Source: Macrostomum lignano
Lineage: Eukaryota
Length of the DNA: 37,239 nucleotides
NCBI GenBank assembly: GCA_002269645.1
Contig: NIVC01003551.1
Location: 1 to 37,239 of the forward strand
Direction of reading: 5' to 3'
The position numbers and the translations under genes were made by a program. The first letter of the stretch is position 1, and each line of letters begins with the position of its first letter. The notes under the pieces are model-generated. The model ran no database searches. It saw only the letters and a list, made by a program, of their open reading frames with translations, and was not told the origin of the DNA. Below, piece by piece: positions 10,949 to 23,114 of the stretch.

Positions 10949-13145
10949 TCAGAAAGTCCTAGCGCACTCGATACCCTCGTCAATGCTGCCGAATCGCCGC
11001 ATTCCCCGAACGCCGATTCCACCGACGCCGGCGCCACTAATTGCTGGCGCGGCGCGTAGAAAATGGCGCCTGGCGGGCGGATCTTGCGCCATCTTGGGCT
11101 GCCTGACTGCGTAGGCGGCCAGGCCCAACAGAATAGCGGCATAGGACACAAAGTACAGCGGGTGAAAGCTGTAGCCAAACAGGTAAACGCCGACAAACAG
11201 GGCGTACAGGTCGGCTGTGAGCAGGGACAGATTGACCAACACTGCGCTGCCAGTTGTCATGGCAACCGGCATCAGAGAGTACAGAGCGTACATGCACAGC
11301 GCGAAGCCTACAGCGGCGCCGATTGCAGCGGCTGGAGACGCGCCGGGCGCCAGGCGGCCAGCCAGCAGGTGGCCGAGCTCGCGCCGCTCCAGCAGCAGCA
11401 GCTGAACTCCGCCAACCAGAGCGCCAAGGATGCCGACGCAGCCGATGTACAGCAGGCGCTCGTACCGCCGGACCAGGTGCTCCTGCCAGACATTCGACAG
11501 GCCGTACAGGGCGCCACCAGCCAATACGAGGGCGTCGCCGAGCAGCGGCGCTGGCGGTGCAGAATCGCCGGCGTGCTGAGCTGCCAGAACGTCAGCCAGG
11601 GCCATGCCACCAGCGCCGAGGACGCAGGCGGCAACGCCGACGTAGTGGCAGGCCTTGAACCTGGCGCCCAGGAGGAACCACGAGCTGATGAGGGCTACCG
11701 GGATGCTGGCGCAGTCGAGCAGCTGCACGCTGGTCACGCTGGTGTAGGCGTAGGCCTGGGATGGGGGTTCGATTGTTGATGATTGGATGATTGCGTAGGC
11801 TTGCTCAGCCGGAAGTGAAGGCAAATGTGTGGAGTGTGTGAGGCAACCGGAAGTATAATGTGAAGCAACCATAAGGGGATGTGAGGCAACCGGAAGTGGA
11901 GTGTGGGGCAACCGGAGGTGGAGTGTGGGGCAACCGGAGGTGGAGTGTGAGGCAACCGGAGGTAGAGTGCAGGGCAACCGGAGGTGGAGTGTGGGGCAAC
12001 CGGAGGTGGAGTGTGGGGCAACCGGAATTGGAGTGTGGGGCAACCGGAGGTGGAGTGTGGGGCAACCGGAGGTGGTGTGGGGCAACCGGAAGTATAACGT
12101 GAAGCAACCAGAAGGGGATGTGAGGCAACCGGAAGTGGAGTGTGGGGCAACCGGAAGTGAAGACAAATGTGTGGAGTGTGTGAGGCAACCAGAAGTGGAG
12201 TGTGGGGCAACGGGAAATGGAGTGTGGGGCAACCGGAGGTGGAGTGTGGGGCAACCGGAGGTGGTGTGGGGCAACCGGAGGTAGTGTGGGGCAACCGGAA
12301 GTGGAGTGTGAGGCAACCGGAAGTGGAGTGTGGGGCAACCGGAGGTGGTGTGTGGGGCAACCGAAGGTAGAGTGTGAGGCAACCGGAGGTGGTGTGTGGG
12401 GCAACCGGAGGTGGAGTGTGAGGCAACCGGAGGTGGAGTGTGAGGCAACCGGAGGTGGAGTGTGGGGCAACCGGAGGTGGAGTGGGGGGCAACCGGAGGT
12501 GGAGTGTGAGACAACCGGTGGTGTTAGGCATTCGAAAGTGGGGTGCTGGCAAGTAAAATCTTAGGTAACCTACGGCTAAATTGAAACAAAGGAAACCCTT
12601 TACTTTACTTTGGAAGCGAGGCACATGTAACCGGAAGTGTGACGAGCAAGGCTCACCTTAACCACAAGAAAGTTGGCCTCAACGTCCATCAGAGCGGCCA
12701 GCAGGTATCTCCACCAGAGGCGTCGAGCGGCGGCGCGCAGGCTGGCGGCCCGGCCGAGCCGGTAGAACGCCACGGAGCCAAAGGTAAGGCCCAGCAGCAG
12801 GTAGTTAAGAAAGCACTGAGAAGTCGGCGCGTTCACGCCGAACCGTTGCAAATAGCCGGATGTTACTGCCGTGCCGCAGATGAACAGCGACAGCAGCTGG
12901 CCGAGCGCCAGCGACACCAGCAGCCGGCGAGTTGTCGGTCGGTCGCCGCCACAGCAGCGGCTGGCCCAGTCTGGCGATGCTGCCTCATCAGCAGCTGGCT
13001 GGGCAGCAGAGTCCACAGCTGGCATTGGCGAGGCCTCCTTGCTGTTGTGCACCACTGGCGGCCCGAACGGACTGTCGAATTCGTCGACGCGCCCGACGGC
13101 GTCAGCGGCCGATGCGGTTGCCTGAAGGCGCCGTTGCCGCTGCAT
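10949..13145 (-). CDS. SLC35F2: Solute carrier family 35 member F1/F2-like transporter (exons 13145-12657, 11755-10949; ~431 aa)
   Basis: Family motifs GQLLSLFICGT, APTSQCFLNY, DVEANFLVVK|AYAYTSVTSVQLLDC, GDALVLAGGALYGLSNVWQE, VNLSLLTADLY. Donor AAG|GTGAGC and acceptor CCCAG|GCC, phase 0. The start codon and F1 versus F2 paralogy are uncertain. Confidence 0.9.
11806..12520. repeat. Intronic minisatellite, 18/21-bp unit (GGCAACCGGA[G/A]GTGGAGTGTG[G/A])
   Basis: Tandem array inside the SLC35F intron 11756-12656; explains the several Pro/His-rich ORFs here. Confidence 0.95.
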
Positions 13146-13216
13146 GCATTAAAGACTTTCGGTAAGTAAACTACTGAAAGTAGGCATCTACGGTATATAG
13201 CCAATGGCGCGGTATA

Positions 13217-14260
13217 GCCCTAGGGGGAATCTCCATCACAACCCTATGGGGAATATCCATCACAACCCTATGGGGAATCTCCATCACAACCCTATGGGGA
13301 ATATCCATCACAACCCTATGGGGAATCTCCATCACAACCCTATGGGGAATATCCATCACAACCCTACAGGGAATCTCCCTCACAACCCTACAGGGAATCT
13401 CCCTCACAACCCTACGGGGAATCTCCCTCACAACCCTACAGGGAATCTCCCTCACAACCCTATGGGGAATCTCCATCACAACCCTAGGGGGAATCTCCAT
13501 CACAACCCTATGGGGAATCTCCATCACAACCCTATGGGGAATCTCCATCACAACCCTATGGGGAATCTCCATCACAACCCTAGGGGGAATCTCCATCACA
13601 ACCCTATGGGGAATCTCCATCACAACCCTATGGGGAATCTCCATCACAACCCTATGGGGAATCTCCATCACAACCCTAGGGGGAATCTCCCTCACAACCA
13701 TACAGGGAATCTACCTCACAACCCTACAGGGAATCTCCATCACAACCCTATGGGGAATCTCCATCACAACCCTATGGGGAATCTCCATCACAACCCTATG
13801 GGGAATCTCCCTCACAACCCTAGGGGGAATCTCCCTCACAACCATACAGGGAATCTCCCTCACAACCCTACAGGGAATCTCCATCACAACCCTATGGGGA
13901 ATCTCCATCACAACCCTATGGGGAATCTCCATCACAACCCTATGGGGAATCTCCATCACAACCCTAGGGGGAATCTCCATCACAACACTAGGGGGAATTC
14001 CATCACAACCCTATGGGGAATCTCCCACAAAACCCTATGGAAAATTTCCCACAAAACCCTATGGGGAATCTCCCTCACAACCCTATGGGGAATCTCCCTC
14101 ACAACCATACAGGGAATCTCCCTCACAACCATACAGGGAATCTCCATCACAACCCTACAGGGAATCTCCATCACAACCCTATGGGGAATCTCCCTCACAA
14201 CCATACAGGGAATCTCCCTCACAACCCTATGGGGAATCTGCTACAAAACTCTATAGGGAA
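13217..14260. repeat. Minisatellite, 24-bp unit (CCCTATGGGGAATCTCCATCACAA), ~43 copies, degenerating at the 3' end
   Basis: Direct tandem repetition; the NPMGNLHH repeat ORF is a by-product. Confidence 0.95.
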
Positions 14261-14744
14261 TCTCCCAGACAACCAATACAGAATCGCCCTTTAACTAGCT
14301 CAACAAAAGTTTCTGAAGATAACAAGCCTGATCTGATACAATAATGTGATAAGAACGTGATTAGATATATTTGTTATTAATATTGTCAAAACTGGTTCAT
14401 ATTTACAGCTAAACTGCCCATGCAGTTCTCCAGCATACAGAATACTAACACAGGCTAGCAAATTTCAATTTTAAGCCGCAAAAAACACAACACAGATAAA
14501 TGCCATGAGAAAAGGGGGTTATTTAAGTGAATAAACTAAATCTAGTATCTATGGAGACAACAAGTTACAAAATTTAGTCAAGTATTGTTATTATCTATAA
14601 GTTGTAAATATTTTACAGAAGTTTTAACACAAAACGAGATTAGTAAGCTTTAATTTGATCAACAAGAACTCCGTAGGGAAGAGTTGAATGAAGAGATATT
14701 ATTAATTCAGTGTCGCTGCTTCCGTGACTTTCTAATAATAAATC

Positions 14745-14957
14745 CAGTGATTGTATACCCAAACCAGTGACTTTCTACCCGACTCAGTGACTTTCTACCC
14801 GACTCAGTGACTTTCTACCCGACTCAGTGACTTTCTACCCGACTCAGTGACTTTCTACCGGACTCAGTGACTTTCTACCCGACTCAGTGACTTTCTACCG
14901 GACTCAGTGACTTTCTACCCGACTCAGTGACTTTCTAACCGACTCAGTGACTTTCTC
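14745..14957. repeat. Minisatellite, 20-bp unit (CAGTGACTTTCTACCCGACT), ~10 copies
   Basis: Direct tandem repetition. Confidence 0.9.
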
Positions 14958-15098
14958 TCTCTACATCACAGACTAGATAAACTCTTCAGTGACTTTCCAG
15001 CCACGCAAGAGACCGGCTACCCTCTTCAGTGACTAACCAGACCTCGGACAGATTGTCTGAGCGCACAGAGTGCCAAAGCTAGTTTGTTGAGCAGCCAA

Positions 15099-15923
15099 TC
15101 AGAATCGAACACCCTCCAGCCGCAGCAGCAGGCTGTCTACTTCTTCAGCCTCAGCGTCGGCCGGTTCAGTCGACGAAGCTGCCGGCGCGGCAGTTGGGGT
15201 TTCTGGGGCCGACGCAGAAGCCACTCGCCGTGGAGGCGTCGGCGGCGACTGTCGCTCCTGGATTGTCAGGCAGGTGCGCAGCAGCGACCGGGCGTCCCTG
15301 TAGGCCTGCAGCAGCGAGGCGGTGTCTCCGGACAGGGTGAAAGCTCGCTTAGCCCGGGCCAGGCCGTCCCTGGCCAGAGCCACGGGACTGCGGCCCAGGT
15401 CCGCTTGGGTGGCGCCGGCGGCCAGGTAGCGGCCGACGAGGTCCAGCCGGCCTGTGACGGCCGCCAGCCTGGCTGGCGTGTTGCCAACGCAGTCCACTCG
15501 GCTGGGATCGGCACCGCAGGCGAGCAGACAGTCCACTAACTCACTGTCGCCCCTAGCCGAGGCGATGTGCAACGGTGTTCGACCTTTTTTATCCGCAACA
15601 TTCGGCGGCGCCCCGGCTTCGAGTAGGCGCCGAACACGCGCCGTTGAGTGGCGCCGATTGACGGCCTCGATGAGCTCCTGGCCCAGGCGGGCGCGGAACC
15701 GGGCGCGCCTCGGGCCGATCCGGGCGCCGCCTCTGTCCGCCGCTGACGACGGTGCCGACGCCGCCTTGCCAAGCAGGTGGCGCTGCTGGAAGACGCCGAA
15801 ACCGCGCCGGAACTCGTCCGGCACAGTTAGCGCCAATGGCGGCGCCTGCGGCAACAGCGGCGGAGGCGGCGGCGTGACCGGAGGCGATTCGCCAAGGACG
15901 CTGGCGCTGGTGGCAGCGGCCAT
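15099..15923 (-). CDS. ANKRD54: ANKRD54 (LIAR)-like ankyrin repeat protein, single coding exon (~274 aa)
   Basis: VRRLLEAGAPPNVADKKGRTPLHIAS, GADPSRVDCVGNTPARLAA and C-terminal EEVDSLLLRLEGV match the ANKRD54 layout. An acceptor-like TTTCGCTCTCCAG at ~15950 precedes the ATG at 15923. Confidence 0.75.
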   Translation of the reverse strand: MAAATSASVLGESPPVTPPPPPLLPQAPPLALTVPDEFRRGFGVFQQRHLLGKAASAPSSAADRGGARIGPRRARFRARLGQELIEAVNRRHSTARVRRLLEAGAPPNVADKKGRTPLHIASARGDSELVDCLLACGADPSRVDCVGNTPARLAAVTGRLDLVGRYLAAGATQADLGRSPVALARDGLARAKRAFTLSGDTASLLQAYRDARSLLRTCLTIQERQSPPTPPRRVASASAPETPTAAPAASSTEPADAEAEEVDSLLLRLEGVRF

Positions 15924-16060
15924 CACTGCCGAGGGTGAAGCTGTGTGGGCTGGAGAGCGAAATACCATCAATTTTTTTAAAACAAAGCGATCGGTCAGAC
16001 GAATGGGCGAAGTTCACTGACACTTGCAATTATTTTAAACAGACCTATGGTCACATACAC

Positions 16061-16216
16061 GCGCAACCTTCGGAATCACCAGGCCGTTTCTATTGGCAAC
16101 ACACTCATGTAAGTCGCTATTGGCTGAGAGCAGTCACGTGACTACTATTCTGTCCAATAGCGACTTACATGTGTGTGTTGCCAATAGAAACAGTGGGGTG
16201 ATTCCCTAGGTTGCGC
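16061..16216. repeat. Palindromic (MITE-like) element centred on AGTCACGTGACT with four CCAAT/ATTGG boxes
   Basis: Arms GCGCAACCT..GGAATCACC..GTTTCTATTGGCAACACAC.CATGTAAGTCGCTATTGG are mirrored on the other side of the centre. Confidence 0.8.
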
Positions 16217-16279
16217 CCAAGTATGCCTATGGAGTGGCGTGGAAGTCAGCAAAGAAAGAGCAGGACAGTGGTGACATGG

Positions 16280-16740
16280 AATGGTGAAGAAGTTTAAATA
16301 TCTGGGGGCAACCATCATGGTAAAGAAAGGTGGAGGAAGAGATCAGAATCCAAATTGGTATTGCAACCAGCTCAACAATAAGGCTTGATGAACCTTGGTG
16401 GCTCAAAGGAGTCAGTTTGAAGAATCGCCTCAAGATCTCAAATTCGGTCCCATGGGCAACATTGCTCTACATGTATGGGTGCAAGAGCTGGACTATAGAG
16501 AAGAAAATTATGGACACTCAAAGCATTTGAAACTGTTACAAAAGAATGCTAAGGATTTCATGGAAAGAGAAAAAGACAAATGCTTGAATTTTGAGAAAAA
16601 AGATAAGGAGGTAATTGGAAAGGAACTAGAATCTATAGAGATGATCAAGTGAAGAAAGCTCAAATATTATATCAATTGAGGAAAGGAATGAAGAGCCATG
16701 GCAAATGTCTATTTAGAGAGAAATGCAATGTGAAAAAGAG
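16280..16740 (+). mobile_element. Degenerate RTE-like non-LTR retrotransposon, 3' part of the RT ORF
   Basis: Frameshifted translation FKYLGATI..EEEIRIQIG..SLKNRLK..LLYMYGCKSWTI..KAFE.CYKRMLRISWKEKKTN, the typical C-terminal RT/thumb region of RTE-type LINEs. Confidence 0.8.
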
Positions 16741-17270
16741 GAAGTAGTGTTCCATTGTAGCTATGGCTATAGCTATAGGATCCTATGGCAAATATGGTAA
16801 AATAGGTGCCTATGGCAATTACAGATATGCCTATGATAGGTAGCTGCTCTTATGGCTATGACTATGGAAATATGATAATTGCTATCATATTCTATAGATT
16901 CTCATAGCTGTATTATTAATAAAATTTTACTATTTTTTTAATCTATAATACGGTTCTTAACTTCTCATTAATATTAATATTAAGCCCTAATGGCCTAAGA
17001 AATTTAAAGCAAATTTAAAGATAAATTTAATAGTGAGTTTTTTTATTAAATATTAGAAAGTTAAATACTTCTATAATATAATATTAGGCCTATGGCTATG
17101 TTGCCTATCCAATTAGAGAATAATGATAATTAACAGGATCAAAGCAATAATGTATGATTTCTTAGAAACAGAATTTGTAGGCTATGCATTAGAAGAGAAT
17201 AAATATTTTGTTTTAATGCACCATGTATTTTTGTTTTACTGCACAAAATAAATTGGGAAAATAATTTTTG

Positions 17271-17836
17271 GGCAATTTTCCTCTTTCGTTCGTTAAATTA
17301 TTTTTTCGATTTGAATCGGTGCGTAGACGCGAAAAAGTGACGTGGCAGCATTTGAAATTGTGCCTATTGAAAAAATGATGTGGCAGTAGTGGAAAGGACA
17401 TGGGGTTGCTGCTGACACATGTCTATGGCACTACTCACCTACTCGGTTCGTGGCGGAGTATAGGCAGCAGCTTGCACTCGCTCCTTGCTCCCCTTCCCAC
17501 TCTCGCATGAGCTTTGACTTATCGCATTGAGTCTTCACTTGTTAAATTTTATTAAATTTTACTCGAACTGCAACATGGCTGGGCGCCCAGCGGCACCTAC
17601 ATTCATCGTCCCTCCTGGACAACTGCGTCCCTCGCTGGAGCTGTGCGACATAAACTTTACGATGCGCGAGCTGGCCAACATCACCCAGACGCCTAGAGAC
17701 TGCATCAACTCCATCCAACTTTCCGAGAAAAATTTAAGTCCCAGCATCTCATTACTGTCGTTTTCTGACATTACTCAGTAGTCACAACTTGTTTCTGTCG
17801 AAAAAATAATTTAACGAACGAAAGAGGAAAATCGCC
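17271..17836. mobile_element. Element bounded by ~39-bp inverted repeats, containing a short GC-rich ORF remnant
   Basis: TTTTCCTCTTTCGTTCGTTAAATTATTTTTTCGA (within 17271-17309) is the exact reverse complement of the sequence within 17798-17836. No TSD found. Confidence 0.55.
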
Positions 17837-18720
17837 AATTTTTGTTATAATTTATTAAGAAATTTGATGTATAAATAGGCTAGGAGCAATTTTGCAGCCA
17901 AGTAAACTCAATTGTCTGGTATCTAATCCATGAGCAACTATTGCAAGCAATAAAAGCAATTCAATCTATAAACTTTTAAAGTCTTTCAAGTACAATACAA
18001 AGATTTATTCATTTAAAAAAGGCTGAGAACAGTGCTAAGAAATTTGCTAAGAGAAGGAATTGGGAAATAATTTGTAGAAACATACTAAGATTAAGAAAGG
18101 CACCATGGGCATGACTCTAGTCCTGGTAACGCCCAATTGGACTAACTCATGTACCATTACCAGTATTAGACTACTCAGGCCATACATAAGACACTACTAG
18201 AACTATACATAAGATGCTACCAGATATATCAAATGAAATTCTAGGAAACAGTTAAAAGCATTAAGACAGAAGTTAGTTAAGCTTAGCACAACTTGGTGGA
18301 ATTCAGAGGACAGAAGTAAGCCCTATGACACACTATTTGGACACAAAATTTGCAACAAAAACAATTTTTGAATTTGAGGTGAGCCTTCTAAGTTCTAGGC
18401 TTCTATCTTAAACTTTGTGCCACCATTACACATTATGAAAATTTAATTTAATTTTAATTTAGGTTAATTTAAGCTAGGTTTATTCCCATCAGCATCAAGT
18501 GATCAAAGTAGGCCTAGGCCCTACTATTGTTGGCACTGGTGTGGTGACTAAAAAAATGGGCTTACTATACTTCGTCTTCAGGCACTAGGCTCTAACTAGG
18601 TAAAATGAAATCATAGGTCCCTATACCTAGGCCTAAATAATGTCAAATAGGCCTATTCTAGACTCAAATAATGCAGTTTACTTAAGGCCTATGGCCTGCC
18701 TACTGCCTGCTAGTTAGTAC

Positions 18721-18791
18721 GGCTACAGGTCAAAAGGGCGACAGATCAAAAGGGCGACAGTCAAAAGGGCAACAGTCAAAAGGGCGACAGT
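18721..18791. mobile_element. Probable terminal repeat of the adjacent MULE element (GGCTACAGG plus tandem TCAAAAGGGCGACAG subrepeats)
   Basis: Four tandem subrepeats ~200 bp beyond the transposase stop; the partner end was not found in the window. Confidence 0.5.
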
Positions 18792-18992
18792 CGTAGTAAA
18801 CTAGTAGTAAAAAGTAGTTAAAATTTATTAGACTTGTATTTGTTAAAAGCATTTGTTAGAATGTACAAGCAGTTAAATTGACGAACTTTGACGATTATAC
18901 TTGTATTTGTTAAAATGCTTTGTTAGAATGTACATGAGCAATTAAAATGAATTAGACTTGTATTTGTTATAATGTATTTGTTAAAATGTGGT

Positions 18993-20120
18993 TCAGTGAG
19001 GTCCATTTATTGCACTAACTGCCTTCAGTAGATCATCCACTGAGCGGTTGCCGCGCCTGAATAATTTCCAGTACTTAAAGTACTGGGCCTGCATACCTCG
19101 GTATCTGTTGTGCTGTACGCGGCGCATTACTCCTTGGGAGAGGAGCTGCACCTCCACGGGGATCATTCGTGCTTCATTGAATAGGAGCTTGATGAGCAGG
19201 TAAAATTGGATGTTTCTTCGCAGGCTCTGTAGTTTAGCGCGCGATGCCAGCTCTCTAAGTCGTTGTTGGTCCAGCTAATCACCTGTGAAATATAGAAAAA
19301 TGTATTGACACAAATGCGTAAAATAATGCATTTATGCGTATCAGTAGTGACATGTATTTGTTAAGCAAACTTATCAAACTTGTTAATCACTTTAGTTCAT
19401 ACAACAAAGTCATACTTTCGAAGTCAGTCCCAGTACATCATTTTTCCTCCTTACATGTAGTACTTAAGGTGAATTCTGCACTTAGTATCACTCTTAAAGT
19501 GATACTCTAAGACAGTACACTCTCTTGTATCGTCTTACTTTAAATCACCATGAAAATACTTGTCAAGTAATTAAACTTTTTTGCAACAATGAAAACTGCC
19601 AAAGTATGAAGTACTGGTACTTTCCTTACATTTTCAATATGCCTACATGCCTACATGCCTACATGAACTTTCCAAGTTATCTCCAAGTTTGCAATGATAT
19701 TTTTTCCGGATACACATAAAATATTTTGTCATAACTTCACCTGTCTGTATACGGAGATGTCATGGATGTTCCAGCAGATGGAGCTGGTGATCCACGTCAC
19801 TTGGACGTAGTCGCACAGGGCAGTCAGGAGAGGTGTTAGAGCAGTCTCAGCCTCTCAACGTGGAGACGGTAAAATGTCATCGCAATATGCTCAGGTGGCA
19901 GGAAGGGGAGCGCCATCAGCTTTTCGGCAGAATCGCTGAGTTCCATCATCGTTACAGTACGCCGGCTGCAAGCCTAGCTGCTGAATGGCAAGCCTAGCTG
20001 CTAGCCACGAATTGATGCTTGTGGTAAGACAGTTCAGATGGCTCTCAGAACTGCGGCCTCAAAGTCAACGATAAAGCCCTCTGGTTTCGCGTGCGGGACG
20101 ATGGCCTTGAGTGCCTTTGC
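18993..20120 (-). pseudogene. Intron-containing MULE/Mutator transposase pseudogene (exons ~20120-19741, 19282-18993)
   Basis: FIVDFEAAVLRAI, LMALPFLPPEHI, LCDYVQVTWI..SVYRQ|VISWTNNDLESWHRALN, FYLLIKLLFNEA..LLKAVSAINGPH*. GT-AG intron 19740-19283 in phase 0. Contains stops and frameshifts, and the CxxH segment is missing. Confidence 0.85.
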
Positions 20121-21904
20121 ATGTATACATGTAGGAAGGAATGACAACGGTTAGTTTTTACTTCTTTTCATTCTTTTCAATCGTACATGCCACTGTTGCA
20201 TGTTCGGTGTTGCCAACCATGGCAGCCATCACACTGCAAGCCTTGTTGACGTTGGCGGACCTCATTTTCGTATATGATGCACGAGTTATCCATTTTAAGG
20301 AAATCAATATGCAGCCCGCTTCCATCAGCTTTCTAACTAAACATGTATATACGCAACTAACTAAACCAAATATAGCTAATTGTACACACTCACAACTCAA
20401 CAGCCCTTTCCCCATTCCCCCTATTCATCAAATTAATGTACATCGTTAAATCAACAATGAATAGAATTGCACAGTCCTTATATTGTTGCACCAGAACTTG
20501 GACTGCTACTAAATCATGAGCTGAACATAGGACAGTAAAGAGCAGATTTTTTAATTCAGGCGTGGCAACGTGGCAACTTGTATGGTCTAGTGAGAGCAGT
20601 GAATGAAATAATAAATAAATATAATCGATTCTCGAAACTAAATGGCCGGGGTCTAGCCGGTTCGTACCAATTGTTTAATTTTTAATATCCATTTTCAAAA
20701 TGGGTTCCAGTTCCAGAACGCTGCGTGTCTGTCTAAATAAAATTTTCGATCCATTCACGTTTCCTGTAAAGGCTGGCAACATTTAAATAAATTCAAGTTG
20801 CTTTTCATTTCCCATCTGATTCTGGTTGTAGAATTGGATAACGGAGTTATTTTGTTCTGGAACCAATTATTCTTGTGAGAATACTAATATCAACTCAACT
20901 TTAAAATGAGTCTGAACCAACTACACATCGATTTGAGCAACCTCAGATAGACCAGCGGAGCTAACGGAATGAGAACCGGTCTTGAAAACAAATTTATTAC
21001 TACACGTGCCAACCAGTCAGTCTGCTGCTAGCTGACGGGGAGTTTTCCCGAGGCTTTCGTGTGACAGCATCATAGTCATAGTGATTATATGGTAACTGGA
21101 CGACCCACTGGGCTGACTTCCCCTTTCTAGCGTTTGCTACACTGCTTTCCTTGTAGCACGTGCGATGTGCACGCGGTAAACCAACAATGTAATCAAGCAA
21201 ATTAAGTACTTTTAAATGTAAAATACGTCGACGTTTCTGCTTTTATGTAATGACGTCGTTATCCGTTGGCGTAATGTCAAACTATACCTACATGTACATA
21301 TAAATATGCCAGCGGCGTCCTTCAACGTTAGGTACACATGGATCTGTACTCGGTTCCGTCGTCGGCGGGCGTCAGAATACTTCACGGATAATGCATAATT
21401 ACCGCAGAAAGTTTCAGAGAAAGGGTTTCTATAGAGTTCAAGTCCTGTTCGCTCGCCAGCCATACGAAATGCTGCAGTAGAGTTTTATCTGTAGACTTGG
21501 AATTCCAATAATTGGCAGCATTTTTTGCAGATAATAGGCGCGTCCACCAAAATAAATCAAGAAAAGCGAATAAATAACTGTTTTTATGTCGCTTAGGCGC
21601 AAATACATGTAATTTTGATTTCATCTTTACTATTTGGTTACAATTTCAATACGAAATCAATGCATAGTATACTAAAAATAATCTCTTATTTCAATGCTAC
21701 ATTAAGAACAAAAAGTCTTCTAGTGCACTCGGCACGAGCACAGAAATTTCAATCGACTGCTGTTAAAATACCACATCGAAATCAGTACATGGAGACTACT
21801 ATAAGATGCATGAAAGCGGTGCTAAGGAAAATGAAGCCCCTGACGAACTGAATTGTAATTGGTTCTAAGTTTCTCGATGAAAATCAGTACATTGTGCGAC
21901 GTAA

Positions 21905-22234
21905 TCAGCAGTCATCTCCCAGTCCAATGTCGTGCGTGTCGACAAACTTCCATAGCAGGTCCAGCACCTCCTGCTTGAGCTCCTTCGGCACCCGCTCTCT
22001 GGCCTGCGGCAGCACCGCCTCGACAATTTCCTCCACAGTGCAGTACTCGACCCCTTTGGCTCGGATGAGATCTCGGCACTGGCTTTTCACTTCTTCCATC
22101 CAGCCCGAGCTGTTCAGAGCCGCCCGGATGTGGCGCCGGATCCGGTCCTGCTCGCCGGAGGCCTGCAGCTTGGCTTCGATTTTACTGCGAACTTCGTCGC
22201 ATTTCCGGTCGATGTTACGGTCAGATGAGGACAT
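21905..22234 (-). CDS. ENY2: Transcription and mRNA export factor ENY2/Sus1 (109 aa, single coding exon)
   Basis: IEAKLQASGEQDRIRRHIRAALNSSGWMEEVKSQCRDLIRAKG..TVEEIVEAVLPQARERVPKELKQEVL matches the ENY2 consensus. Confidence 0.9.
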   Translation of the reverse strand: MSSSDRNIDRKCDEVRSKIEAKLQASGEQDRIRRHIRAALNSSGWMEEVKSQCRDLIRAKGVEYCTVEEIVEAVLPQARERVPKELKQEVLDLLWKFVDTHDIGLGDDC

Positions 22235-23114
22235 GATGACGGCAGCAAGTTGAGCACGCTGGCTTGAGTTCTCGTTCAACTAATGCAGCGATGAGAGTAT
22301 TTTATGTAGCTAGCTGCTTTCAGATCATAAGATCGTAGCGGCCTGGTCCCCCGGGTTTGGGCCATAGAGTTGCTCCTAAAGTGTGGAGTAGTTAACACTC
22401 GACACAAGCTCGATAAGAGTCCTTTCACCCTGGGGCAATTAAATACGTAAAATTCACGGTTTCTTGTACTTCTTGTACAACAAGCCACTCGCCTGGATAA
22501 ACGAAGTTACAAGGGGGTAATAACTCACAATGGCTTGTACACTTTGCATGTTCGAATTGGCAGATTTCATTTTATTTGTCAACTTGTCTGCAGTATAGTT
22601 GCAATTTGTGTTCGATATCAAACCTACAGTATATTGCTCGTAGTAAAATATTACAATTTAAAGACTTAGACGAACGTGGATCTACAGAGAACTTAACCTA
22701 AAACACAAAATAACAAATTTAGCATGCAAATTAAACTATCGCAAACATCGTTTCTTAGGCGTAAAATAGCGGGTAGATCAGATGGAGTAAACAGATGGCG
22801 GACAAAATGTCCGATTAGAAGATAATTAGTAATTTTAAGTAGTAATTTTCTGAGGCCTGACAGTCTCCTTTGCGAAATTAATTCTAGATTGCCACTATAG
22901 CAAAGGTCTTCTGATATAAGCCACAGCACCTGAACTGTCAATACATGCAAGTCTGGCCGACGTTCGACGTCGATGACAGATACACTGTATGACGCGTTAT
23001 CAGTCGATGTATAATGCAAATCTAATGAAAAACTGGCAGAACAAAAAATTCATCGTTTCCCAAATTTATGGTTCCAAATTTTAGTAGAAGCTACAAATGA
23101 GACACTTTCAGGTC

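Noticed and set aside
10949-12514. 521-aa ORF as a transporter with a His/Pro-rich N-terminus
   Set aside because: The N-terminal half is intronic minisatellite; the true upstream SLC35F exon lies at 12657-13145 with canonical splice sites.
13204-14256. 350-aa NPMGNLHH repeat protein
   Set aside because: Pure 24-bp array with open frames on both strands and no unique flanking coding sequence; expression cannot be excluded but is unsupported.
21000-21200. LDYIVGLPR as a Gypsy integrase remnant
   Set aside because: The match is limited to ~9 residues; downstream integrase motifs and LTRs are absent.
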